DNA of 41,231 nucleotides from a virus: IMG/VR virus record IMGVR_UViG_3300045988_102542, positions 1 to 41,231 of that record; one strand, 5' to 3'. Shown piece by piece: positions 16,197 to 24,963 of this stretch (position 1 is its first letter; each line of letters starts with the position of its first letter). The notes under the pieces were generated by a model. It saw only the letters and a program-made list of their open reading frames with translations, ran no database searches and was not told where the DNA came from. The position numbers and the translations under genes were made by a program.

Positions 16197-16225
16197 AATA
16201 TATCATATTCGCAAAAGCTATGCAA
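16197..16225 (-). promoter_or_regulatory. Minus-strand promoter with extended -10
   Basis: Minus strand reads TTGCAT (16225-16220), 17-nt spacer ending in TGA, then TATATT (16202-16197). Confidence 0.5.
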
Positions 16226-16299
16226 AAATTAACATTATGGATTTCTGTTATAGCATTGCTTGTTTCGTTAATGGCATTAGCAAAGGCGGCTGGGATGTA

Positions 16300-16494
16300 A
16301 TGAAATTAATTGAAAAGGTTATGACAACAGCGGAAGCGGCAGAGTTGTGGAACATACCTGTTGTGACAATCAAACAGGCATGCTCTGGGCAAAGAGGATA
16401 TCCGCCGCGGTTTACAAGTGAAGAGTGCCGCAAGTCGGGGCACATCTGGCTTGTAACCAGGGCGGGAATGGAACGAGTTTACGGCAAGATTTAA
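16300..16494 (+). CDS. Small HTH DNA-binding protein (64 aa)
   Basis: MTTAEAAELWNIPVVTIKQACSG HTH-like segment. The track ORF (from 16144) has an implausible N-terminal extension across GC hairpins. Confidence 0.5.
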   Translation: MKLIEKVMTTAEAAELWNIPVVTIKQACSGQRGYPPRFTSEECRKSGHIWLVTRAGMERVYGKI

Positions 16495-16604
16495 TCAAAA
16501 TATAATAAAAAAATGCCAAAAAAGCCAAAAAGACCAAAAAAGACAGAACAAGGTATGATAAGATTAAGATGCGAAAATTGAATAGAAGAACTGCAAAGCC
16601 ATGT

Positions 16605-16632
16605 AGCCGCTCAGAAATGGGCGGCTTTTGCA
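16605..16632 (+). terminator. Rho-independent terminator
   Basis: AGCCGCTC-agaaat-GGGCGGCT (8 bp, one G:U) followed by TTTGCATTT. Confidence 0.6.
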
Positions 16633-16676
16633 TTTACTATGCTTTCCGGCGGTACTGACTGCTTGAAAGGAGAGAT

Positions 16677-17054
16677 ATGAGAAGAGCATTGCGAGAATGC
16701 GGACATCCCGGATGCCACGCATTAACAAGAGAAACCTATTGTGATAAACATAAACAATTGCACATAAGAAGTCCGAAAGGGCTTGAACGGGAGTCACCGT
16801 CAAAACGGGGGTATAACTATAAATGGACTAAAGCGCGAAAGGCTTTTTTAGCGCAGCATCCGTTTTGTGAGTGCCCGGAGTGTAAAGCATCTGGGCATCC
16901 GCTGCCGGCTAATGTTGTTGACCATATCATTCCTCACAGAGGCAATCAAGATCTTTTTTGGGATGAAAGTAACTGGCAGGCGATGAACAAAAGATGTCAC
17001 GATAAGAAAACAGCGAGAGAAAACGGCGGATTCGGAAATAAAATTAAAGCTTGA
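16677..17054 (+). CDS. Phage HNH endonuclease (packaging-associated)
   Basis: VVDHIIPHRGNQDLFWDESNWQAMNKRCHDKKT HNH motif plus N-terminal Cys/His clusters. Adjacent to the terminase genes. Confidence 0.9.
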   Translation: MRRALRECGHPGCHALTRETYCDKHKQLHIRSPKGLERESPSKRGYNYKWTKARKAFLAQHPFCECPECKASGHPLPANVVDHIIPHRGNQDLFWDESNWQAMNKRCHDKKTARENGGFGNKIKA

Positions 17055-17213
17055 CAGACCACCCCCGGGTCAAAAATGTTTTGACCGGCAACGACAGTAC
17101 CGTGCGCCTCCCCTTTTGTGAAAAAAGTTCGGGAAATGGACCTTACATTAAACTCATGCGATGAAATGTCAATTATGCGCAAACAGCAACATTAAAAAAA
17201 AGGGAGGGATAAC

Positions 17214-17789
17214 ATGGCTGGGCGTCCGGCAAAACCTATTGATTTGCATATAGTTTCAGGCAATCCGAGTCACTTGACAAAGGCTGAAATTGAACACAGA
17301 AAAAAATCAGAAATACATCTCGGAGAACAGAAATTAGTATGCCCGGCTTATGTGAAAACGAATAAAGAAGCGTATAAAAAATGGAAAGAAATCAAGAAAC
17401 TTTATACTGGTTTCAAATTTGTTTCATCAGCGGACACCGGAGTGATTGCGAGGTACTGCATGGCGTTTGCGCAGTACATAGATTTGATAGAACGCCGGGA
17501 CAGGATCGCTCGAATAGAATTAACAGGTGAAGAAACGACGGCAACGCAGGAAATTCTTGAAGCAGAATACAGTCAACGAAAAGCCGCAAAGCTCTACGAG
17601 AAGATAGAGTACATTTTATCTACCGGCGGCATTATGGCAATGGACAAAGCAATCAATGCGAAAATGGCGGCGCTTGTACAAATGGAAGACAGATTATTCT
17701 TGTCACCGCTTGCAAAAGTAAAAAATGTACCGAAAGAACCCGAAAAGAAAGAAGAAGACCCGCTAAGCAAAAGGGGTTTTGACGTATGA
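17214..17789 (+). CDS. terS: Terminase small subunit (P27-family-like)
   Basis: N-terminus MAGRPAKPIDLHIVSGNPSHLTKAE. Its stop overlaps the TerL start (ATGA). Confidence 0.8.
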   Translation: MAGRPAKPIDLHIVSGNPSHLTKAEIEHRKKSEIHLGEQKLVCPAYVKTNKEAYKKWKEIKKLYTGFKFVSSADTGVIARYCMAFAQYIDLIERRDRIARIELTGEETTATQEILEAEYSQRKAAKLYEKIEYILSTGGIMAMDKAINAKMAALVQMEDRLFLSPLAKVKNVPKEPEKKEEDPLSKRGFDV

Positions 17790-19507
17790 CACTAAAACAG
17801 GAGTTGATCAGGTACAGTAAGAAATGCATGAAAGATAAAACGCATATATGCCAGAAACATCGTTGGGCGTGTATGCGTTTTTTGCGGGATGTAGAAAAAG
17901 CGGGTACAAATAAATTTCCGTATGTCTTTGACCAAGAAAGAGCGGAACGATTCTTCGCATGGGCAGCTATGCATAAGCATACAAAAGGAATCTTAGCCGG
18001 GCAGCCTATTGTATTCGAGCCTATTCGTCGATTCATCTTCGGAAATATCTACGGATGGGTCAATAAAGATACGGGGCTTAGGCGTTTTAAAAAAGCATAT
18101 TGGCAGGTCGGGAGGAAGAATGCGAAATCACAATCACTCGCCATAGTCGGTGACTATGAAATGATGGCGATGGGGGAGCCGATGTCAGAAGTCTACATCG
18201 GAGCTACAAAAAGTATACAGTCAAAAATCATTTACAATGAAATCTTAGCAATGCTTAGACGATGGCCGGAAATGAAAGGAAAGTGGAAAGAAAGCTATGG
18301 TACCATTCGACACCTGAAAAGTGATTCTATCATTCGGGCGCTGTCAAAAGATGACGGGAAGACCGGGGATGGTCTCAATCCGCAGTGCGGTCTGATAGAT
18401 GAATATCACGCGCACCCGACATCCGAGATACTGGATGTCATCGACACAGGCATGATGGCGAGAAAACAGCCTTTATTGTTTATCATCACCACCGCAGGGA
18501 CGAACTTCGGAGGACCGTGCTACAGGGTAGAATATCCGCTGGTAGAAAAGATCCTCAATCCGGACATCGATTATGACGTGCCGGATTATTTTTGCATGGT
18601 TAATGAACTGGACAAAGATAAAGAAGGAAACCTGATCGATGATGTCAAAGATGAAAAATGCTGGATAAAAGCAAATCCGATTGTAGCGACGTATCCGGAA
18701 GGTATTGCAAATATAAGGAGCGCGTTGAAAGTGGCAGTTGAGACACCGGAAAAAATGTCATCATTTCTCACGAAAAACATGAACATATGGAATCAGCAGT
18801 CCGGAGCCTCGTACATGGATATGGGGAAATGGAACACTCGGGGGCGGATAGAAAGCTACGACTTGTATGGACTGGATGCTTATGTAGGCATGGACTTATC
18901 AAGCAAAGTTGATTTGACGTCAATCGGACTGGTTATTCCGGTCAAAGAGGATGGCGGGACGAAGTACATCGTTATTGGTCACAGCTTTATTCCGGAAGAA
19001 ACGCTGCAGAGAAAGATAAAAACAGACAGAGTGCCGTATGATTACTATGCCCGCGGTGGCTGGCTGACAGTCAATCCGGGAGAAGTAGTCGATTATCGCT
19101 ACATGACAAAATGGATGATAGAAACTGCAGAAGAGCTGGGACTGAACATTAAAGAAATCTGCTATGACCCGTACAATGCGACGTATTATGCGCAGGAACT
19201 TGAAAAACTGGAGTATACATGCGTAGAAGTCAGACAGGGCATGATGACATTATCTGAACCGACGAAATCATTCCGGGAAAATGCATACCAGGGAAACATC
19301 CTGCATTTTGAAAATCCGCTGCTCGATTGGGCAATCAGCAACGCGGTCACTAAAAAAGACCAAAACGAAAATATCATGCTTGACAAAGAGAAATCAACAA
19401 ACAGAATTGACCCGATAGCATCTGTCATCAATGCGTTTACACGTGCACGGATTACCGAAGAAGATGACATGAGTGACTACATTTTGAGTGATGATTTCAG
19501 CCTATAA
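17786..19507 (+). CDS. terL: Terminase large subunit
   Basis: 573 aa. ATPase-like GRKNAKSQS and GLIDEYHAH motifs. Size and position fit Terminase_1 type. Confidence 0.9.
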   Translation: MTLKQELIRYSKKCMKDKTHICQKHRWACMRFLRDVEKAGTNKFPYVFDQERAERFFAWAAMHKHTKGILAGQPIVFEPIRRFIFGNIYGWVNKDTGLRRFKKAYWQVGRKNAKSQSLAIVGDYEMMAMGEPMSEVYIGATKSIQSKIIYNEILAMLRRWPEMKGKWKESYGTIRHLKSDSIIRALSKDDGKTGDGLNPQCGLIDEYHAHPTSEILDVIDTGMMARKQPLLFIITTAGTNFGGPCYRVEYPLVEKILNPDIDYDVPDYFCMVNELDKDKEGNLIDDVKDEKCWIKANPIVATYPEGIANIRSALKVAVETPEKMSSFLTKNMNIWNQQSGASYMDMGKWNTRGRIESYDLYGLDAYVGMDLSSKVDLTSIGLVIPVKEDGGTKYIVIGHSFIPEETLQRKIKTDRVPYDYYARGGWLTVNPGEVVDYRYMTKWMIETAEELGLNIKEICYDPYNATYYAQELEKLEYTCVEVRQGMMTLSEPTKSFRENAYQGNILHFENPLLDWAISNAVTKKDQNENIMLDKEKSTNRIDPIASVINAFTRARITEEDDMSDYILSDDFSL

Positions 19508-19516
19508 GGAGGACAT

Positions 19517-19687
19517 GTGAAAAAGATATTGTATGTAATTGACGACATTTTTCTGTTCGTCGGGTGTATTTTGATGATTGCCGGCGGCGTATTGATATCT
19601 CCAGTGGTCGCGGTATATACCGCGGCTATAGAGTGCCTGATTTTGGCATTTATCTTTGCAAAAGCGCAGAAAGGCGGTGGTAAATAA
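19517..19687 (+). CDS. Small membrane protein (56 aa)
   Basis: GTG 19517 after SD AAGGAGG. Two hydrophobic segments. Its TAA overlaps the portal ATG by 1 nt. Read by hand. Confidence 0.4.
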   Translation: MKKILYVIDDIFLFVGCILMIAGGVLISPVVAVYTAAIECLILAFIFAKAQKGGGK

Positions 19688-20958
19688 TGCTTTTAAGACA
19701 GCTTTTTTCAAACCCGACGGACTCGGGTACGCTGCTTAGCCCTGCAGACTGGCTCATATCCGCCATTAACGGTGACGGCGTAACGGCGGCAACGGCAAGT
19801 AAAAACAGCAACATTTATACGTGTGTCAACATTTTAGCCGATGACATCGGTAAACTGCCAATCCACACGTTCAGGACCGGCGGGAAAAAAACAGAAGGAA
19901 TGAAACATCCCGTCGCTAAACTGCTGTATAAACGGCCGAATCCGCTCATGACGCCGCTTGCTTTTAAGCGAACGCTGCAATATCACATGGGATTTTACGG
20001 AAACGCCATTGCTTATATCGAATGGGGGACGGACGGCTATCCGAAATCGTTATGGCCGCTTGACCCGACGAAAACGACAATCAGGTTAAACGTGGTGTCG
20101 GGAACGCTAACATACACGACAAGTGATGCAAAAGGGGCGATGTATCATCTGCAGCCGCATGACGTTCTGCATTTCTACGAAATGTCAAAAGACGGACTCA
20201 TCGGTGTGCCAAAATGGCGGACGTTAATCGATGAGCTGGACAGCCAGAATGCAATCAAGAAATTTCAAAGCCAGTTTTACAAAAATGGCACACTGACGCA
20301 TGGCGTACTGCAGGCGGCATCAAAAATCAATCCGGAAGCAAAAAAGAAACTCCGTCAGGAATGGGAAAAAATCAACGGTGGGATAGATAACGCCGGACGA
20401 GTAGCCGTTCTCGACTTGGGAATGGAGTATAAGTCGCTGGGTATGCAGCTTGATCAGGCGCAGTTTATTGAAACACAGAAATTCGGAATTAACGAAGTTG
20501 CAAAGGTGTACAGAATACCGCCGCATAAACTGGCACAGCTGGACCGCGCGACGTATGCTAACGCCGAAGCAATGAGCCTCGATTACATCAAAACAACGCT
20601 TCTTCCGATATTCACGTCATGGGAACAGGAAATCAATTATAAGCTGTTCACCGAACCGGAAAGAGAAAACTATTATGTGAAATTCAACGCCGCCGCTGAG
20701 CTTAGAGGCGACAGTAAGGCAAGAGCTGAATACTACAAGGACATGCTCTATGCCGGAATTTACACATTAAATGAAATCCGCGACATGGAAGAGATGGAAT
20801 GTATAGGCGACGTAGGGGATATTCATCTTGCATCGCTGAATTATACAGACATTACCGTTCTGAAAGATTTGCAATTAGCAAAAGCGAAGAGCGGAACACT
20901 GAAAGGAGGTGATGATAATGGGGAAAAGGGAAAGAAGAATCAATCAGATTCAGTTTGA
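19687..20958 (+). CDS. Portal protein (HK97 family-like)
   Basis: 423 aa, immediately after TerL. Conserved-looking blocks FYGNAIAYIEW and INEVAKVYRIPPHKL. Confidence 0.88.
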   Translation: MLLRQLFSNPTDSGTLLSPADWLISAINGDGVTAATASKNSNIYTCVNILADDIGKLPIHTFRTGGKKTEGMKHPVAKLLYKRPNPLMTPLAFKRTLQYHMGFYGNAIAYIEWGTDGYPKSLWPLDPTKTTIRLNVVSGTLTYTTSDAKGAMYHLQPHDVLHFYEMSKDGLIGVPKWRTLIDELDSQNAIKKFQSQFYKNGTLTHGVLQAASKINPEAKKKLRQEWEKINGGIDNAGRVAVLDLGMEYKSLGMQLDQAQFIETQKFGINEVAKVYRIPPHKLAQLDRATYANAEAMSLDYIKTTLLPIFTSWEQEINYKLFTEPERENYYVKFNAAAELRGDSKARAEYYKDMLYAGIYTLNEIRDMEEMECIGDVGDIHLASLNYTDITVLKDLQLAKAKSGTLKGGDDNGEKGKKNQSDSV

Positions 20959-21541
20959 AATTCGGACACTGGAAGACGGTAAAACTTTCGTTTTGGAGGG
21001 ATATGCCCTCAAGTTTGGAAAACGGTCAGAAGACTTCGGAGGCGTTGATGAAATATTAGAACGGGGATGTCTTGATAAAACGGACATGTCTAACGTCGTA
21101 GCGCTGATTAATCACGACCCGAACTATCCGCTGGCAAGAAATACCGTCCGCGAGGGACCGGGACATCTAAGTCTGTCAGTGGACGACACTGGGCTGCGGT
21201 TTAGCTTGATTCCGACGGATACGGCATATGCTAAAGACCTGATGACGAACATGTCAGCTGGCGTTGTCAATCAGTGTTCTTTTGCATTCACGTTGGCGGA
21301 AAGCGGCGCAGACTGGTCATATGAAAGCGAGAAAGATATATACCATCGGGCAGTCAAGCATATTGAGAGACTATGGGATGTATCAATTGTCACAACGCCG
21401 GCATACCCGGATACAGAAGCGCAGGCCGTACAGCGGTCAATGCAGGAATCGAAAGAAGCGTATGTTAATTCTTTAAAAGAAGAACAAGAAAACATCAGAA
21501 AAAGGAAGCTCGATATAGAGCTGGAATTGTTAAATCAATAA
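20918..21541 (+). CDS. Prohead maturation protease (HK97 family, S78/U35-like)
   Basis: ATG 20918 after SD AAGGAGG. VALINHD and WDVSIVTTPAYPDT blocks. Lies between the portal and capsid genes. Confidence 0.85.
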   Translation: MGKRERRINQIQFEIRTLEDGKTFVLEGYALKFGKRSEDFGGVDEILERGCLDKTDMSNVVALINHDPNYPLARNTVREGPGHLSLSVDDTGLRFSLIPTDTAYAKDLMTNMSAGVVNQCSFAFTLAESGADWSYESEKDIYHRAVKHIERLWDVSIVTTPAYPDTEAQAVQRSMQESKEAYVNSLKEEQENIRKRKLDIELELLNQ

Positions 21542-21543
21542 TT

Positions 21544-21566
21544 GCCGCCGAACGGCGGTTTTTTTT
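21544..21566 (+). terminator. Intrinsic terminator-like hairpin between protease and capsid genes
   Basis: GCCGCC-gaac-GGCGGT stem followed by T8 (21559-21566). Confidence 0.55.
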
Positions 21567-21582
21567 AATGGAGGTAGAAGAA

Positions 21583-22728
21583 ATGACTGAAAAAGAAAGA
21601 GAATTGCGCCAGAGAATGGCAAAAGTAACGGAAGAAATCCGCGCATTGATGGCCGATAAAAAACTTGACGAAGCGGAAAGTAAAACAAATGAATTGAGAG
21701 AACTTAAGCGGCAGCTGGAAATTGAACAGACGCTGGCAGATGTTCCGGCGGCGGTTCCACCCGCGGCACGTGCGGCAGAAATCACCGACGAAGAAAAAAG
21801 AGAGCTTATGTTCAGCGGACTTGTGAAAGAGATTAAGCGCCAGATGCCGACAGATGCGGAAGCGGAAGTACTGAAAGAAGCTAGAGCGGGCATGAAAGCG
21901 GGGGTTGACGCCGACGGCGGGCTTATCGTTCCGCAGGACATCTCAACTAAAATCAACGAACTCAAGAGAGCGTTGAATCCGCTGGACCAGCTTGTCACGA
22001 TTACACCTACGACTACTATGACAGGGTCTCGCGTCATGGAAAAATGGGCAGAAATGACGCCGCTTGAAAGCGTGGATGAAATGGCAACAATCAAAGAAAT
22101 CGACGGTCCGAAGTTTGAAAAGATTTCATATGCGATCAAAAAATATGCGGGCATACTTCCAATTTCAAAAGAAATGTTGTCTGACACGGACCAGAATCTC
22201 ATTTCTTATGTGAGTGCGTGGTTTGCTAAGAAAGATGTGGTCACAAGAAACAGCCTGATCATCGCAATCATGAAAACACTGGCGAAGAAGCCCGTCGCCA
22301 ATGTAGACAGCTTGAAAGACATTTTGAACGTGGATCTTGACCCGGCGATTTCTTTGACGTCCGGTATCGTTACCAATCAGGACGGGTTTAATTTCTTAGA
22401 CAAGTTGAAAGACTCCGAAGGGCGCTACCTGCTTCAGCCGAATCCGCTCAATCCGACACAGAAACTGTTGTTTGCTCATCCGGTTACCGTTGTCAGCAAT
22501 AAGTACCTGCCGAGTGCGACATCCCCGAAAAAAGCGGCGCCGATTATTGTCGGGTCTCTGGCGGATGCAATCGTACTCTTTGACCGCCAGCTTATTACTC
22601 TTGAAGGCACTGGCATCGGCGGGAACTCATTCATCCGTGATTCTTACGATATCAAAGCAATTACAAGACTTGACGTTAAAGCGTTTGACAGTGCCGCAGC
22701 CGTATACGGCGAGATGACGCTTGCATAA
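21583..22728 (+). CDS. Major capsid protein (HK97 family)
   Basis: ATG 21583 after SD GGAGG (track start 21568). N-terminal coiled-coil delta-like domain, then a GGLIVPQD capsid-fold region. Confidence 0.9.
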   Translation: MTEKERELRQRMAKVTEEIRALMADKKLDEAESKTNELRELKRQLEIEQTLADVPAAVPPAARAAEITDEEKRELMFSGLVKEIKRQMPTDAEAEVLKEARAGMKAGVDADGGLIVPQDISTKINELKRALNPLDQLVTITPTTTMTGSRVMEKWAEMTPLESVDEMATIKEIDGPKFEKISYAIKKYAGILPISKEMLSDTDQNLISYVSAWFAKKDVVTRNSLIIAIMKTLAKKPVANVDSLKDILNVDLDPAISLTSGIVTNQDGFNFLDKLKDSEGRYLLQPNPLNPTQKLLFAHPVTVVSNKYLPSATSPKKAAPIIVGSLADAIVLFDRQLITLEGTGIGGNSFIRDSYDIKAITRLDVKAFDSAAAVYGEMTLA

Positions 22729-22737
22729 GGAGGTATT

Positions 22738-23004
22738 ATGAGCATTCTGGATGGCGTTAAAGCGTATCTGCGGGTTGACGGAAACCAAGAAGACGAGGTC
22801 ATCCGGACACTCATCGATACCGCTAAAACGTTTATTTTACAGGGGACGGGCGTCGAAGTCAAAGAGACTGACGCCCAGTCTATCCTTTGTATGCATATGA
22901 TCGTAGGTTACTGGTACGAAAACAGAAATGCGGTAGGTCAAGGGGCGGAATTACCGTTTACAATTACCGCCCAACTGCTGCAATTAGAAACGAGAGGTGA
23001 ATGA
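22738..23004 (+). CDS. Head-tail connector (gp6-like)
   Basis: 88 aa. LDGVKAYLRVDGNQEDEVIRTLIDTAKTFI is typical of gp6-like connectors. Confidence 0.7.
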   Translation: MSILDGVKAYLRVDGNQEDEVIRTLIDTAKTFILQGTGVEVKETDAQSILCMHMIVGYWYENRNAVGQGAELPFTITAQLLQLETRGE

Positions 23005-23005
23005 C

Positions 23006-23287
23006 ATGCTGGTAAAAGCACTAGAGAAAATTATCATAAACGGAGCAATCGTCGATGCCGGCGAGACGTACGACGGAACAGCGGAAGAATTAACTGCCTA
23101 CATTTCCGGCGGATACGTAGAAGTACTTGAACAGGATGAAGACATGGAAGACGATCCGGCGGACAATCAGAATGAAGAAGTAGATCAGGAAGTAGATCAG
23201 GAAGATGAAGAGCCGGAGGAAACACCAAAGGAAAAACCAAAGACAACGAGAAAGACTGTCAGGCGCACGAAGAAAACCGGAGCGTAA
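23006..23287 (+). CDS. Highly acidic hypothetical head-module protein
   Basis: ATG 23006 after SD AGAGGTG (track start 22997). D/E-rich core with a basic C-terminal tail. Contains a 12-bp tandem repeat (EVDQEVDQ). Confidence 0.55.
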   Translation: MLVKALEKIIINGAIVDAGETYDGTAEELTAYISGGYVEVLEQDEDMEDDPADNQNEEVDQEVDQEDEEPEETPKEKPKTTRKTVRRTKKTGA

Positions 23288-23290
23288 AGT

Positions 23291-23605
23291 ATGAATATCG
23301 GGAAGATGCGCCACAGGATAGCAATTAAAAAGCCAGTTATTGGTGAGGATGTGGGATTTGGCTCCGTTGTTGAATGGAAAGACGTCGGATCCGTATGGGC
23401 AGAATTTCTAAAACAGCGTATTACTCCCAGTGCGATTATGGGAGACGGCACGGCTGTCTTAATAACGCAGGGAATAAGAATACGGCCACGAGAAATCGAA
23501 AAAGGATGGCATGTTGAAGAAAACGGACGGACGTATAAGGTAATAGACGTAGATCGTTCGGATCCTGCCGTTTACGTATTAACAACAGAGGCGGTAGAAA
23601 CATGA
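23291..23605 (+). CDS. Head closure / head-tail adaptor protein
   Basis: 104 aa. MRHRIAIKKP..GSVVEWKDVGSVWAEF pattern is typical of SPP1 gp16/HK97 gp9-like adaptors. Confidence 0.7.
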   Translation: MNIGKMRHRIAIKKPVIGEDVGFGSVVEWKDVGSVWAEFLKQRITPSAIMGDGTAVLITQGIRIRPREIEKGWHVEENGRTYKVIDVDRSDPAVYVLTTEAVET

Positions 23606-24054
23606 GCAGGCGCGGAATCGATATCAAGATGTTTTCAGGAGAGGTAGTCAAAAAAGCGGCCAACGACATCAAACGCTACGATAAGGAAACGCAAGAGAAA
23701 ATCAGAAATGTCATTGCGAAAGGAACGATAGCAGTTATGAAAGCGGCTATTATAAAAGCGCCGATGGGGCCTACCGGAAGCCTGAAAGCAGGAATCCATT
23801 CCGAAATGGAACGAGAAAAGCCGCAGGGAATAGTGAAGAGCGACGCCCCGCATTCGCATCTCGTAGAATTCGGGACAGTTGAACGTATAACATCAAACGA
23901 TCCGCGCAAAGGCAAAAAAGCAATGCGAATAAATGATAAATTCGTAAGTGGAGTTATTCGCACAGGGAAGATGCCGAAGCGTCCGTTTATGCGGCCAGCA
24001 ATGATGCAGGAGCGGGGCAAGATTGAAAACGAAATGGAGAAAATATTTCAATGA
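23602..24054 (+). CDS. HK97 gp10-family tail-completion protein
   Basis: APHSHLVEFGT and KRPFMRPA motifs. Confidence 0.75.
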   Translation: MSRRGIDIKMFSGEVVKKAANDIKRYDKETQEKIRNVIAKGTIAVMKAAIIKAPMGPTGSLKAGIHSEMEREKPQGIVKSDAPHSHLVEFGTVERITSNDPRKGKKAMRINDKFVSGVIRTGKMPKRPFMRPAMMQERGKIENEMEKIFQ

Positions 24055-24467
24055 GACTTATCAGAGACGTACCGTCAACCGTTCTCAGGATGGCGGTTTT
24101 TAAATTGCTGAAAGAAGGTCAAACGATACCAATTCACGGCTCAGTTCCCAAAGGTGCAAAACTTCCTTATATCACCTTAGGTGCGGCTACGTTCAAACCA
24201 CTGTCAAATAAAGATCTGATTATTTGGGACGCTTCACTGAACGTAGAAGTATGGGCTGGGGAGGATGGGAAAAAACAAGTCAATGAAACGCTAAACGATA
24301 TATGTGCATTGGTATCTGCTTACGGATGCGATATGGAGCTGCCTCAATATCGGATTAATAGTACACAAATTGATCTGGTAGAGGATTTTCCGGAAGTATC
24401 CACAGGTTATCACGGCACAGTAACAATATTATTTACTATTCAGAATTTTAACAAGAAAGAGGTATAA
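24051..24467 (+). CDS. Tail terminator/completion protein (DUF3168-like)
   Basis: 138 aa, positioned just before the major tail gene. Family assignment is weak. Confidence 0.5.
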   Translation: MRLIRDVPSTVLRMAVFKLLKEGQTIPIHGSVPKGAKLPYITLGAATFKPLSNKDLIIWDASLNVEVWAGEDGKKQVNETLNDICALVSAYGCDMELPQYRINSTQIDLVEDFPEVSTGYHGTVTILFTIQNFNKKEV

Positions 24468-24469
24468 AA

Positions 24470-24961
24470 ATGGCTAAATTATCAGCAGAAGAACTTAAAA
24501 AACTCCCAGTATATGATGGAACGTCTATGGCTACGGCGGGGAAAGACACCTTGCTGTATATAGACAAGGCAACAACCACGGGGAAAAAGCCGACATGGGT
24601 ACTTGTCGGAGGACAGAGAAACTCCCCCGTAGAATACAAAGCGGATTCTATTGATGGATCTCATAAGACTTCCGGCGGATGGGGAGAAACGCTCGCGGGT
24701 CCAAAGTCTTGGAGTATCAGCTATACAGGCTTGCTTGTAATGGATGACGCAGCACTCTCAATCATGGAATATGCATTCCACCACGACATCCCGATTCATG
24801 TAAAAATCGCATATCCGGATAAGACCTGCCAGACCGGATGGGTTACTATTTCCGATTTCACAAAAGACGTATCTCATGACGGGGTAGCTACCGTCGCTGC
24901 TACGTTAAACGGAAAGGGACCGATTTCTGAAATTGCCGCAGATGATGTTACTGGAGGCTAA
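24470..24961 (+). CDS. Major tail (tube) protein
   Basis: 163 aa, positioned before the chaperone pair and tape measure. SD GAGG. Confidence 0.7.
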   Translation: MAKLSAEELKKLPVYDGTSMATAGKDTLLYIDKATTTGKKPTWVLVGGQRNSPVEYKADSIDGSHKTSGGWGETLAGPKSWSISYTGLLVMDDAALSIMEYAFHHDIPIHVKIAYPDKTCQTGWVTISDFTKDVSHDGVATVAATLNGKGPISEIAADDVTGG

Positions 24962-24963
24962 TT

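Noticed and set aside
16144-16299. N-terminal 52 codons of the 116-aa track ORF
   Set aside because: This part runs through the GC-rich hairpin element and has no SD. The HTH-containing part starts plausibly at ATG 16300.
16513-16581. 22-codon Lys/Pro-rich mini-ORF (MPKKPKRPKK...)
   Set aside because: No SD. The sequence is better explained as phased A-tract DNA.
21495-22202. 235-aa minus-strand ORF antisense to the major capsid gene
   Set aside because: Low-complexity Ser/Ile/Ala-rich translation, no SD, fully inside a confidently assigned HK97 capsid gene. It is the typical shadow ORF of an Ala/Glu-rich gene.
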